Positions 20,282 to 29,773 of a stretch of 41,202 bases of DNA are shown here, piece after piece. Under the pieces are notes generated by a model. That model saw only the letters and a program-made list of their open reading frames with translations, did not search any database and was not told the origin of the DNA. The stretch is from Pseudomonadota bacterium (GTDB lineage Bacteria; Pseudomonadota; Alphaproteobacteria; Micropepsales; Micropepsaceae). Location of the stretch: contig JAFECO010000688.1 of NCBI GenBank assembly GCA_018242085.1, forward strand, positions 1 to 41,202, in the 5' to 3' direction. The translations under genes and the position numbers were made by a program. Each line of letters starts with the position of its first letter. Positions within the stretch are counted from its first letter, which is position 1.

Positions 20282-21798
20282 GCGCGCCAGAGACCAAATC
20301 GATGCCATCCAAGCTGATCAAGGGGCAGACCGGCGACTGGGAGATCGTGATCGGCATGGAAGTCCATGCCCAGGTCCTGTCCAAGTCCAAGCTGTTTTCC
20401 GGCGCTTCGACCGAATTCGGCGCCGAGCCGAACTCCCAGGTCTCCTTCATCGATGCCGGGATGCCGGGCATGCTGCCGGTGATCAACGAGAAATGCGTGG
20501 AACAGGCTGTCCGTACCGGACTGGGCCTGAAGGCGAAGATCAATCTTTCCAGCATCTTCGACCGGAAGAACTACTTCTATCCCGACCTGCCCCAGGGCTA
20601 TCAGATCAGCCAGTACAAGAACCCCATCGTGGGCGAGGGCGAGGTCACCATCGACCTCAAGGATGGCGAAAGCCGCCTGGTGGGGATCGAGCGCCTCCAT
20701 CTGGAACAGGATGCGGGCAAGAGCCTGCACGACCAGCACCCCGACAGTTCCTATGTCGATCTCAACCGGTCGGGCATCGCCTTGATGGAGATCGTTACCA
20801 AGCCGCACATGCGCACCAGCGAAGAAGCGGCCGCCTTTTTGCGGAAATTGCGCGCCATTGTCCGCTATCTAGGCACCTGCGACGGCAACATGGACGAAGG
20901 CTCGATGCGGGCGGACGTCAATGTCTCGGTCTGCCGGGCGGGAGGCTATGAGAAATTCCGTGAGAGCGGCGATTTCAAGCATCTGGGCACGCGCTGCGAG
21001 ATCAAGAACGTCAATTCCATGCGCTTCATCGCCCAGGCGGTTGAGTTCGAAGCCCGCCGCCAGATCGAAATCATCGAAGGCGGCGGCTCCATTCGGCAGG
21101 AAACCCGGCTTTACGACAGCCGCCAGGGGGAAACCCGGTCCATGCGCTCCAAGGAAGAGGCGCATGACTATCGCTATTTCCCCGATCCGGACCTGTTGCC
21201 GCTGGAATTGGACGCCGATTGGGTTGCCGGCATCCAGAAATCCCTGCCGGAATTGCCGGACGAGAAGAAGTCGCGGTTCATGGGCTTAGGACTTTCCGCC
21301 TATGACGCCTCGGTGCTGGTCGCCGAGCGCGAGCTCGCGGATTATTACGAAGAACTCGCCAAAGGCGTGGACGCCAAGGCGGCCGCCAACTGGCTGAACA
21401 ACGAGATATTGGGCCGCCTCAATCGCGATGGCCTGTCCATTGTGCAGTCGCCGGTCAGCGCGGCGGCCAACAATGCCATCGTGGCGATGATTTCGGACAA
21501 GACCATCTCCGGAAAGATCGCCAAGGATCTTCTCGATATCGTCTGGAGCGAGGGCGGCGATCCGCGCGCCATCGTCGAAGCGCGCGGCTTGCGCCAGGTG
21601 ACGGACACCGGCGCGATCGATGCCGCCATCGAAGCGGTGATCGCCGCCAATCCGGAAAAAGTGGAAGAGGTGAAAGCCAAACCCAAACTTGCCGCCTGGT
21701 TTGTTGGTCAGGTGATGAAGCAGACGGGTGGAAAAGCGAATCCGGCGGCGGTCAACGCCGCGCTCAAGCTGCGACTCAATTTGCCCGACGAGGGGTGA
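20278..21798 (+). CDS. gatB: Asp/Glu-tRNA amidotransferase subunit B
   Basis: [34 protein letters not shown]. Confidence 0.98.
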   Translation: MSAPETKSMPSKLIKGQTGDWEIVIGMEVHAQVLSKSKLFSGASTEFGAEPNSQVSFIDAGMPGMLPVINEKCVEQAVRTGLGLKAKINLSSIFDRKNYFYPDLPQGYQISQYKNPIVGEGEVTIDLKDGESRLVGIERLHLEQDAGKSLHDQHPDSSYVDLNRSGIALMEIVTKPHMRTSEEAAAFLRKLRAIVRYLGTCDGNMDEGSMRADVNVSVCRAGGYEKFRESGDFKHLGTRCEIKNVNSMRFIAQAVEFEARRQIEIIEGGGSIRQETRLYDSRQGETRSMRSKEEAHDYRYFPDPDLLPLELDADWVAGIQKSLPELPDEKKSRFMGLGLSAYDASVLVAERELADYYEELAKGVDAKAAANWLNNEILGRLNRDGLSIVQSPVSAAANNAIVAMISDKTISGKIAKDLLDIVWSEGGDPRAIVEARGLRQVTDTGAIDAAIEAVIAANPEKVEEVKAKPKLAAWFVGQVMKQTGGKANPAAVNAALKLRLNLPDEG

Positions 21799-22034
21799 TT
21801 CGCGCAAAAATGCGCAAACCCGCCAAATCACCTGAACAAACGCCGAAAAATCGTCTGTATACAGAGTGTTGCATATAACCCAATAAAAATGCGGGTTTTA
21901 TGCACTTCGACGAAAATCGGCTTTTTCAAAAGTCAAGGCGGAGTTGCTTTTTCAAATGCAAGTCTTTCATATTGTTCGTGTTTTGGGGGGCGGCCGAGCG
22001 TCGCTGGACCCGAACAATGAAAGAGGAGTCGAAC

Positions 22035-22124
22035 ATGCCTGTTACTGCGAAGAAGAAGGCCGTGAAGAAGAAGGCCAAGAAGGCGACGAAGAAGAAGGCC
22101 GCCAAGAAGAAGAAGAAGAAATAA
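22035..22124 (+). CDS. 29-aa Lys/Ala-rich microprotein (histone-like composition)
   Basis: MPVTAKKKAVKKKAKKATKKKAAKKKKKK. SD GAGGAG at 22023-22028; 16 of 17 Lys codons are AAG. Confidence 0.75.
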   Translation: MPVTAKKKAVKKKAKKATKKKAAKKKKKK

Positions 22125-22125
22125 G

Positions 22126-22242
22126 TCAGATTGACCTAAGGTCAATTTGAAGTCCACGTTTCGCCCCCTTTGAGGGGTGTTCCGATGGCAAAGGTTATGG
22201 CCGCGATATCCAGGCGCTCAGCGCCACCGGGTATCGCGGCCA
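22126..22242 (+). other. Structured 3' region of three hairpins (terminator or candidate ncRNA)
   Basis: Stems at 22126-22136/22140-22150, 22162-22167/22174-22179 and 22198-22211/22229-22242. Confidence 0.5.
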
Positions 22243-22400
22243 AGCCCGTTCTGGGGCCAAGTTTGCAATAAGCCTCAAGCCCGCTCGCGCGAATGTTTAC
22301 AATCGAAGGGCCAGCGCACATCCGCGCGGGGACCTGCCAAGCGCTAGAGCTACCCAAGAAAAAATGACAGCATGCCGGCGAACCGCAATCGGAGTTTGTC

Positions 22401-23144
22401 ATGGCCGCACGTCGCGTGAAGAAGAGACCTGCCAGAAAAGCCGCAAAAACCAAGCCAAAACCGGCCAAGCCGATCGAGCTTTATTATTGGCCTACCCCCA
22501 ATGGCTGGAAGATCTCCATCGCCCTGGAAGAGATGAAGATCCCCTATGTGCTGAAGCCGGTGAATATCGGCAAGGGCGAGCAATTCGAGCCGGCCTTTCT
22601 CAAGATCTCGCCCAACAACCGCATGCCGGCGATCGTCGATCCCAACGGGCCGGGGGGAAAGCCCATCTCGGTCTTCGAATCCGGCGCCATCCTTCAATAT
22701 CTGGGCCGCAAGAGCGGCAAGCTCTACCCGGCCGACGAACGCGGCAGGGTTCAGGTGGAGGAATGGCTGTTCTGGCAGGTGGGGGGCCTCGGCCCCATGG
22801 CGGGACAGGCGTTTCATTTCCTCAGCTACGCCCAGGAAGACGTGTCCTATGCCAAGAAGCGCTATGCCGATGAAGTTCACCGGCTGTTCGGCGTGATGGA
22901 CAAGCGCCTGGCGACCCGCAAATTCCTGGCGGGCGCCTATTCCATCGCGGACATCGCCTGCTGGGGCTGGGTGATCGCTGCGATCAATTTCCAGCCTCTG
23001 GACGAATTTCCCAACCTCAAAGCATGGAACGAACGGATGGGCGCGCGCCCGGCCGTCAAGCGCGGCCACGCCTTGGGCGCGGAGTTGCGCAAACCCTTGA
23101 CGGACGAACAGAAAAAAATCCTGTTCGGGCAAAGAGCACGTTAA
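22401..23144 (+). CDS. Glutathione S-transferase, Nu class (YfcG/YghU-like)
   Basis: TPNG motif, ISPNNRMPAIVD, FESGAILQYL, LGPMAGQ, YSIADIA; basic N-terminal extension. Confidence 0.95.
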   Translation: MAARRVKKRPARKAAKTKPKPAKPIELYYWPTPNGWKISIALEEMKIPYVLKPVNIGKGEQFEPAFLKISPNNRMPAIVDPNGPGGKPISVFESGAILQYLGRKSGKLYPADERGRVQVEEWLFWQVGGLGPMAGQAFHFLSYAQEDVSYAKKRYADEVHRLFGVMDKRLATRKFLAGAYSIADIACWGWVIAAINFQPLDEFPNLKAWNERMGARPAVKRGHALGAELRKPLTDEQKKILFGQRAR

Positions 23145-23146
23145 TT

Positions 23147-23228
23147 GCCCCCAACTGTCTTCCTCGGGCAAGCCTTCGGAAGACATCTTCCCCCGCCAAT
23201 GGCTTCGCCATGCGGGGGAAGAAAGTCG
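23147..23228 (+). repeat. Two-hairpin intergenic repeat, copy 2
   Basis: GCCCCCAACTGT...GGCAAGCC...ACATCTTCCCCC...GGCTTCGCC...GGGGGAAGAAAG. Confidence 0.92.
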
Positions 23229-23264
23229 GAGTGCGCGGAAATATGCGGCAATAGTCAGACTTTC

Positions 23265-23312
23265 CTAACCATCCCTAATGCCCCGTAAACGATAGGGCTA
23301 ACAGGAATTTAC
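23265..23312. promoter_or_regulatory. Cluster of CtrA-like half sites
   Basis: CTAA/CTAA/GTAA at 23265, 23275 and 23285, plus CTAA-N7-TTAC at 23298-23312. Confidence 0.4.
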
Positions 23313-23396
23313 CGCGTATTAGTTTCTCCCGCTTCACCATGTCCGCGCGCCAAACGGAATTCGGTTTCGTGTGGGGCTTTGGGAAGGGGGACTGTC

Positions 23397-23669
23397 GTGA
23401 CGTGTATCGATGTCGATTCATTGGCGCAGTATGAGCGCGAAGCCCGGACGGGCCGCGCCGAGGCGCTCTACAATCTCGGACTGGCTTATTCGACCGGGCA
23501 GGGCGTGGTGCAGGATTATGTCGCCGCGCACAAATGGTTCAATCTGGCGGCGATGCGCGGCAGCGACGTGGCCAAGAATTGGCGCAACCAGATCGCCGGG
23601 GAAATGAATGCCGGCCAGATCGCGCAGGCCCAGAAGCTGGCGCGCGAATGGCTCAAGATTTTCCAGTAA
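23397..23669 (+). CDS. Small Sel1-repeat protein
   Basis: ALYNLGLAYSTGQGVVQDYVAAHKWFNLAA Sel1 repeat; GTG start after AAGGGG. Confidence 0.9.
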   Translation: MTCIDVDSLAQYEREARTGRAEALYNLGLAYSTGQGVVQDYVAAHKWFNLAAMRGSDVAKNWRNQIAGEMNAGQIAQAQKLAREWLKIFQ

Positions 23670-23691
23670 AGCCCGCCAAGCCTGGCCCAGG

Positions 23692-25764
23692 TCAGTTCGC
23701 CCGGCGCAGCGAAACCGGCGCGCTGAGCGGAACCATCTCGGGCGGCGCTGCCGGCCCATAGACGTCCGCCAGGATCGTTAGAGGCGTATCCCGCCCCGCT
23801 AGGCGGTTCTTGTAGACCGCCAGATTTTCCAGCACCCGCTGCACATAATTGCGGGTCTCGCCGAACGGAATCCGTTCGATCCAGTCGATCGCATCCACGC
23901 TGCCATTGCTGGGATCGCCATTGGCGGCGACCCATTTGCGCACATTGCCGGGTCCGGCATTGTAGGCCGCGATCGCCAGAACCAGCGAATTGCCCCAGCT
24001 GGTATAATGGCGCGTGAATTCGATCATTCCCAACTGGATATTGTAATTCGTGTCGGTGATGAGATCGTTCGGCCGATAAGGCAGGCCGCCCGCCCGCGCG
24101 TTGGTCTTGGCCGCCGCCAGCATCACTTGCATCAGACCTCGCGCCCCGGCGCTGGAAATCGCCTGGGAATCGAACTCGGTCTCTTGGCGGATCAGGGCAT
24201 GGACCAGGGCTGGCTGCGGCGGCGCGCTTTGACCGGGGTAGGGCGGCAAGGGGAGAACCGGAAAGGCGAAGCTCAGCATCGGAGTTCCGCCATAGGCGGA
24301 CACCTTGGCCAGGCGGACGGCGATTTCCGGATAGCCCCAGCCCGTCAAGGTCTGGAGGAATTGCTTCAGATGACTGGGCGCCGGATACATTTCCGCCGCC
24401 CGCGCGGCGAAAAGTCGAAGGTCATTGGCCTGACCCAGCTCCGCCAGCACCCGGATCTGCGGCATCAGCGTGTCGTTTTCGATTGCGGCCTTGGCAACCG
24501 GCTCGACCGGCGTGTCGTTGAGGTGCAGAAGCGGCGCGGCCTCGGTGCGCGCGATCGCGAGCTGGCCGTAGAAGGTGTCGGGATAGGCGGCGGCGAGACG
24601 ATAATGACTGGCGGCGCTTGCCGGATCGCCCAGCGCCTCATGGGCGCGGGCCTGCCAATATTCGGCCCGCGATTTGCTGATCGGCCGGGTGACGTTCGCG
24701 CCCAGCCGCTGGAAGTAAGTCAGCGCCCGTGCCGGCTCCTTGAGAAAGCGCAACGAGATGAATCCGGCCAGGAATTGCTGGTCGGGATACTGGCCGCCGA
24801 CGGGAATTTGGGCATGGTCCACAAGCCGGAGTGCCAAACGGGGATTGCCGGCGGTCAGGGCATCCCGCGCCTGGATCGCGACTTCATTCCACCAGCGCTG
24901 GGTGTGATCCTTGGCCAGGGCGGCGGGCTCGATCTGCAGCAGCTTGGCATGGGCCTGCGCGTCCTTGTTCGCGGCCCGCAAGGCCCGCGACCAGTCATAC
25001 AGAAGGCTGGGATCGCGCGAACCCGAAACTTTCGCCAATGCGGCCCGGGCCTTGGGAAGGCCAGAGGCCAGCGCCATGCGCGCCTGGGCCAGTGCCGCAC
25101 TTTTGGAATCCACCCGCGCGATCTGGCGGCGGGCCGCGGTGAATTCGCCCCGCCACAAAAGTTCGTCCAGGCGGGCGCGATGGGATTCCGGCGTCAGAAC
25201 ATTGCCGTCCTGGGCAAGAATGCCGGCCTCGGTGGCGTCGTCGAAGCTGCCTTCGCTCCAGCCTTGGCGGATCAGCGTGCCGCCGCGGCTTTTGTCGCCG
25301 GTCGCGACCAGCGCCTCGCCCAGGCGGACGCGCCCGATGGGAGACGAGGGGGCACGGCTCCCGAACCATTGCAGAATCTGCGCCGGCGCCATGTCCGGCG
25401 TGATATCGGCTTCGGCGCGGACATACAGCGTGCCGTGAAGCGGCCAGCCGCTGGCCATCTTCAGCGCGTCATCGACATCGGCGAATTTGGCGCCGCTGTC
25501 GCGATCCAGTGCATAGCGCCACTGCAGGAGCTGACGCGCGGTGGTGTCCTGGCCCTGATTTCCCAGCGCCATGGCACCGGCCCAATCGGATTTGGCGGCC
25601 ATGGCAAAGGCGCGGATGAAGAGATCGTGATCGGCGGGCGAAAGGACATGCAGGTTGCCGGTCCGTGCCGGGACATCCTGGCTGGGCGCCTGGGCACGGC
25701 TCACCGCCAGCCAACTCCCGGCCAAGAGAGCGGCGAAGGCGATGCCGATATGTTTCAAAGCCAT
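23692..25764 (-). CDS. slt: Soluble lytic murein transglycosylase (Slt70-like)
   Basis: Signal peptide, helical N-region and a C-terminal SLT domain (IRQET, GLMQ, AYNAG, ETRNYVQRV). Confidence 0.95.
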   Translation of the reverse strand: MALKHIGIAFAALLAGSWLAVSRAQAPSQDVPARTGNLHVLSPADHDLFIRAFAMAAKSDWAGAMALGNQGQDTTARQLLQWRYALDRDSGAKFADVDDALKMASGWPLHGTLYVRAEADITPDMAPAQILQWFGSRAPSSPIGRVRLGEALVATGDKSRGGTLIRQGWSEGSFDDATEAGILAQDGNVLTPESHRARLDELLWRGEFTAARRQIARVDSKSAALAQARMALASGLPKARAALAKVSGSRDPSLLYDWSRALRAANKDAQAHAKLLQIEPAALAKDHTQRWWNEVAIQARDALTAGNPRLALRLVDHAQIPVGGQYPDQQFLAGFISLRFLKEPARALTYFQRLGANVTRPISKSRAEYWQARAHEALGDPASAASHYRLAAAYPDTFYGQLAIARTEAAPLLHLNDTPVEPVAKAAIENDTLMPQIRVLAELGQANDLRLFAARAAEMYPAPSHLKQFLQTLTGWGYPEIAVRLAKVSAYGGTPMLSFAFPVLPLPPYPGQSAPPQPALVHALIRQETEFDSQAISSAGARGLMQVMLAAAKTNARAGGLPYRPNDLITDTNYNIQLGMIEFTRHYTSWGNSLVLAIAAYNAGPGNVRKWVAANGDPSNGSVDAIDWIERIPFGETRNYVQRVLENLAVYKNRLAGRDTPLTILADVYGPAAPPEMVPLSAPVSLRRAN

Positions 25765-25875
25765 GGCGTATGCGCTTGTTGAATCTGTAAGTTCAGCTTA
25801 GACGGTTGCTGCCGTCCAAGGCCATAATGGAAAGCGGGCCGAAATGAGACGGACAAACAGACGGAACCTGAACGC

Positions 25876-26769
25876 ATGACCAGCATTCGCGAACGCATCA
25901 AAGGATCCATCCCCGCCCTGATCACGCCGATGAAGAACGGCAAGGTCGACGAGGCCGCGTTCCGAAAGTTTGTCTCCTGGCAGATCGAACAGGGAAGCCA
26001 GGGCCTGGTGCCGTGCGGCACCACAGGCGAATCGCCCACCCTCAGCCATGAGGAACATATCCGGGTGATCGAAATCTGCGTCGAGGAAGCAGCGGGCCGG
26101 GTGCCGGTGATCGCGGGCGCCGGCTCCAACTCGACGGAAGAGGCCATCTCGCTGCATCGCCATGCCAAAGAGGTGGGCGCGGACGCCGTGCTTTCCGTGA
26201 CCGGCTATTACAACAAACCGTCGCAGGAAGGTCAGTACCGCCATTTCAAGGCGCTGGCCGAAGCGGTCGACATCCCGATCCTGCTCTACAATATTCCCGG
26301 CCGCGCCATCGTGGAGATCAGCGTCGAGACCATGGCCCGCCTGTCGGAAATCCCCGCCATCATGGGCGTCAAGGACGCCACCGCCAATTTGATGCGCCCC
26401 ACGCGGGAGCGGAACGCCTGCCGCAAGGGCTGGCGCCTGGTCTCGGGCGAGGACGGCACGGCACTGGGCTATATGGCGCATGGCGGCCATGGCTGCATCT
26501 CGGTGACGGCGAATGTGGCGCCCAAACTTTGCGCCGAATTCCAGGATGCCTGCCTCAGGGGCAATTTCGACCGCGCCCGCGAACTGCACGACAAGCTGAT
26601 GCCGCTGCATGACGCGATGTTCTGCGAGCCGTCACCGGCGGGCGCCAAGTTCGGCGCCTCGCTCCTGGGTCATTGCACGCCGGAAGTGCGCTTGCCCCTG
26701 ATCGAGCTGACGGAAGCCGGCCGTACCCAGGTCAAGGCGGCGATGAAAGGCTGCGGCCTTAATTTCTAG
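25876..26769 (+). CDS. dapA: 4-hydroxy-tetrahydrodipicolinate synthase
   Basis: GTTGESPTL, YYNKP, LYNIPGR, GVKDA. Confidence 0.97.
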   Translation: MTSIRERIKGSIPALITPMKNGKVDEAAFRKFVSWQIEQGSQGLVPCGTTGESPTLSHEEHIRVIEICVEEAAGRVPVIAGAGSNSTEEAISLHRHAKEVGADAVLSVTGYYNKPSQEGQYRHFKALAEAVDIPILLYNIPGRAIVEISVETMARLSEIPAIMGVKDATANLMRPTRERNACRKGWRLVSGEDGTALGYMAHGGHGCISVTANVAPKLCAEFQDACLRGNFDRARELHDKLMPLHDAMFCEPSPAGAKFGASLLGHCTPEVRLPLIELTEAGRTQVKAAMKGCGLNF

Positions 26770-26867
26770 GGCGTTTCGCGCTTCATTGAATCGCGAAACA
26801 CCCTATCTCCTTGTTTGTCGCGGTTCCGGACGGAAAACCGCTGCGCACTTTTCCTGGAACCGCTTAG
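26766..26867. repeat. CIR/Bru-RS-like alphaproteobacterial intergenic repeat (MITE-like)
   Basis: CTAG...TTAG ends. Hairpin 1 spans 26767-26805 with GAATC at 26788-26792; hairpin 2 is gcggttccggacggaaaaccgctgcgcacttttcctggaaccgc. Confidence 0.85.
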
Positions 26868-27341
26868 ATGGCCAAGAAGAAAGACGACGGCACCAAGATG
26901 ATCGCCGAAAATCGCAAAGCGCGGTTTTCCTATGCGATCGACAGCGTTGTGGAGGCCGGGATCGTGCTGACAGGCTCAGAGGTCAAAAGCTTGCGCAATG
27001 GCAAGACCACCATCGGCGAAAGCTACGCCCACGCCAAGGACGGTGAGCTTTTCTGGGTGAATGCCTATATTCCGGAATACACCCAGGCCAGCCGCTTCAA
27101 TCACGAGCCCAAGCGCACCCGCAAATTGCTGATGCGCAAGCATGAGATCGCCAAGTTGGCCATCGCAGCCCAGCGCGAAGGCATGACCCTGATCCCGCTG
27201 AAATTGTATTTCAATCCCAAAGGCACGGCCAAGCTGGAGCTGGGCGTGGCCAAGGGCAAGAAAACGCACGACAAGCGGGAAACCGAGAAGCAGCGCGACT
27301 GGCAGCGCGACAAAGCTCGCCTTTTACGCAATCGCGGCTAG
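26868..27341 (+). CDS. smpB: SsrA-binding protein
   Basis: [33 protein letters not shown]. Confidence 0.98.
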   Translation: MAKKKDDGTKMIAENRKARFSYAIDSVVEAGIVLTGSEVKSLRNGKTTIGESYAHAKDGELFWVNAYIPEYTQASRFNHEPKRTRKLLMRKHEIAKLAIAAQREGMTLIPLKLYFNPKGTAKLELGVAKGKKTHDKRETEKQRDWQRDKARLLRNRG

Positions 27342-27965
27342 TTTTTTCGCCTTCGCCACCACTGTCTCAAACATCTCCGTCGTCAGCACGCCGGTATTGG
27401 TGTTGTAGCGCGAGCAGTGATAGCTCGAAATCAAGCGGAATTTGCCGATTTCATAGACGCCGCCATGTTTGAAGGGATGCGTGGAGATGCGGGCATCCAG
27501 GGTTTTGAGCACGCTGTCATGAGCGATCTTCCCCAAAGCCAGGATGGTGACGAGGTTCGGCATATTGTCCAATTCGCTGATCAGGAACTGGCGGCAGGTT
27601 CTGATTTCGGAAGGTTCGGGCTTGTTCTGCGGCGGCACGCAGCGCACCGAATTGACGATGCGGCAATCGATCAGTTCCAGCGTATCGTCGGCACGTTCTT
27701 CATAGACGCCTTTCGCCAGTTTCAGCTTCAGCAAAGTGTCATAGAGAAGATCGCCCGCCCAATCGCCGGTGAAGGGGCGGCCCGTGCGGTTGGCGCCTTG
27801 CAGACCGGGCGCCAGGCCCGCGATCGCCAGCCTGGCCGAGCGCGGCCCGAAGCAGGGGACCGGGGCGTTGAACCAGTCCGGATGCTTTTTGCGATTGTCG
27901 TGCCGGAACGCCGCCAGCCTGGGGCAGAGCGGGCAATCGGAGGAGGGTTCCAGGGGCGCTTTCAT
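27324..27965 (-). CDS. Uracil-DNA glycosylase, family 5 (UdgB-like, Fe-S)
   Basis: [45 protein letters not shown]. Confidence 0.93.
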   Translation of the reverse strand: MKAPLEPSSDCPLCPRLAAFRHDNRKKHPDWFNAPVPCFGPRSARLAIAGLAPGLQGANRTGRPFTGDWAGDLLYDTLLKLKLAKGVYEERADDTLELIDCRIVNSVRCVPPQNKPEPSEIRTCRQFLISELDNMPNLVTILALGKIAHDSVLKTLDARISTHPFKHGGVYEIGKFRLISSYHCSRYNTNTGVLTTEMFETVVAKAKKLAAIA

Positions 27966-27984
27966 GCGCCCGGCTTAAACGGAT

Positions 27985-28545
27985 TCAGTCCGCGGAAGCA
28001 AATTGCGGCGCTTTGCCGGTCTCGCGGGCGATCTGATGTTTCAAATCGTCCAGCTCGATGAAATTGTCGGCCTGGCGGCGCAGCTCGTCCGAGACCATGG
28101 GCGGTTGGGTGCGGATGGTGGAGACCACCGAGACGCGCCGCCCCCGCCGCTGCACCGCCTCCACCAGGCGGCGGAAATCGCCGTCGCCGGAAAAGATCAC
28201 CACATGATCCACGCAAGCGGACATTTCCATCACATCGATGGCCAATTCGATGTCCATATTGCCTTTGACGCGGCGCCGGCCCTGGGCGTCGGCGAATTCC
28301 TTCAGCGGCTTGGTCACCACCGAGAAGCCATTGTAATCCAGCCAGTCCACCAAGGGGCGCAGGGGGGAGAATTCCTGGTCTTCGGCGACCGCCGTATAAT
28401 AGAAGGCGCGCACCAGGGTGCCCTTGCGGGCGAACAGTTCCAAAAGGCGCTTATAGTCGATGTCGAATTGAAGGCCTTTGGCCGCGCCGTAGAGATTGGC
28501 GCCGTCGATGAACAAAGCGAGTTTTTCGGACGGATAGAAAAGCAT
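27985..28545 (-). CDS. NYN domain (LabA/DUF88) PIN-like nuclease
   Basis: FIDGANL, KGNMDIELAID, SGDGDF, LRRQADNFIEL. Confidence 0.94.
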   Translation of the reverse strand: MLFYPSEKLALFIDGANLYGAAKGLQFDIDYKRLLELFARKGTLVRAFYYTAVAEDQEFSPLRPLVDWLDYNGFSVVTKPLKEFADAQGRRRVKGNMDIELAIDVMEMSACVDHVVIFSGDGDFRRLVEAVQRRGRRVSVVSTIRTQPPMVSDELRRQADNFIELDDLKHQIARETGKAPQFASAD

Positions 28546-28546
28546 T

Positions 28547-29053
28547 ATGGCCTCCAATAAGGCGGACCTTGCGGTCCTTAGGGGCGAAACGCCCCAAATC
28601 TTCATCGCGCTAGGCGCCAATATTCCGTCCGCAGCCGGGCCGCCGGATGTCACCCTGAAAGCCGCGCTGGCGGCGCTGGGGGAACGCGGCGTGCAAATCC
28701 GGAAGATTTCCAGTTTCCGCCAGACCGATGCCTGGCCCGATCCGTCCGATCCGCCCTTCATCAACGCCGTGGCCGGGATCGAAACCGATCTCCAACCCGT
28801 TGCCCTGCTGGGACTTTTGCACGAAGTGGAAACTTCTTTCGGGCGTAAGCGTTCCGTGCCGAATGCGCCGCGCAGCCTGGACCTGGACCTGATCGATTAC
28901 CGGGGCCGGGTGATGCAGGGAGCGGTGGACCTTCCGCACCCGCGCATGACGGTCCGCCGCTTTGTCCTGGAGCCTTTGGCGGAGGTGGCGCCGGGCTGGC
29001 AGCACCCGGTCACGGGCCTCTCGGTGGAGGCGCTTTTGGCGGCACTTTCCTAG
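28547..29053 (+). CDS. folK: HPPK (6-hydroxymethyl-7,8-dihydropterin pyrophosphokinase)
   Basis: IALGAN, FINAV, PRSLDLDLI, LPHPR...RRFVLEPL. Confidence 0.95.
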   Translation: MASNKADLAVLRGETPQIFIALGANIPSAAGPPDVTLKAALAALGERGVQIRKISSFRQTDAWPDPSDPPFINAVAGIETDLQPVALLGLLHEVETSFGRKRSVPNAPRSLDLDLIDYRGRVMQGAVDLPHPRMTVRRFVLEPLAEVAPGWQHPVTGLSVEALLAALS

Positions 29054-29187
29054 GGATTTGCCGCCTCACGTCTATCTTCTTGCCGTATTAGGGGTTTTTC
29101 TGTATGTGGCTCGGCTGAGATCCCCGTTGCCGGCTTGATATTCTGTCTTCAGAGTTCCCGGTAACTTGCTGAATAAAAAGGACTTCC

Positions 29188-29571
29188 ATGGCGCGCGTCA
29201 CTGTCGAAGATTGCGTTGACAAGATTCCCAACCGGTTCGATCTGGTGCTGGCGGCGGGCTTTCGGGCCCGGCAATTGTCCGGCGGCGCCGAACCGCTTCT
29301 GGAACGCGACCGCGACAAAAACCCCGTGGTGGCCCTGCGCGAGATCGCGGCCAAGTCGCTGAAGCCGGAAGACGTCAAGGAAGACTATATCCGTTCCTTG
29401 CAGAAGCATGCCGAAGTGGACGAGCCGGAAGAGGCGCGTCCGGAAGCCGACGACCGCGAAGATCCTTCGCACCGCCAGGTCACGGAAGAAGAGCTGCTGC
29501 GCGCCCTCACCACCGAGGCCCAGCGTAGGGCCGAGCCCCAGCCCGAGCCCGAAGCGGATTACGAAGAGTAA
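29188..29571 (+). CDS. rpoZ: RNA polymerase omega subunit
   Basis: MARVTVEDC...NRFDLVL...[12 protein letters not shown] with an acidic tail. Confidence 0.98.
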   Translation: MARVTVEDCVDKIPNRFDLVLAAGFRARQLSGGAEPLLERDRDKNPVVALREIAAKSLKPEDVKEDYIRSLQKHAEVDEPEEARPEADDREDPSHRQVTEEELLRALTTEAQRRAEPQPEPEADYEE

Positions 29572-29592
29572 TCTCGCGCTGTCTTTTTGCGT

Positions 29593-29653
29593 CCTGGCTC
29601 CGTCGCGCGTGCTCACGGCCTTTCGGCCGCTCCGCGCGACGCTCCTTGCCAGG
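29593..29653. other. Long interrupted hairpin between rpoZ and rel
   Basis: cctggc..cgtcgcgcg..cggcc-tttc-ggccg..cgcgcgacg..gccagg. Confidence 0.5.
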
Positions 29654-29773
29654 CCTCAAAAATCCTAGCGCTCTTACCGGTGCTGGGTGGCGATCGGTGC
29701 GGTAGCTTCCGATATCCAGCATTTGCCCCGGCTTTTTGGGGAAAATGGCAGGAATTCCTATATACTAGGGCAC

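Noticed and set aside
22131-22145. TTGAC-N5-GTCAA as an FNR/FixK box
   Set aside because: The consensus needs an N4 spacer, and the site lies directly after a stop codon, far from the next start.
27324-28545. NYN nuclease plus UDG as a possible defence module
   Set aside because: The smpB-udg-NYN-folK-rpoZ arrangement looks like ordinary alphaproteobacterial core synteny, with normal GC and no mobility genes.
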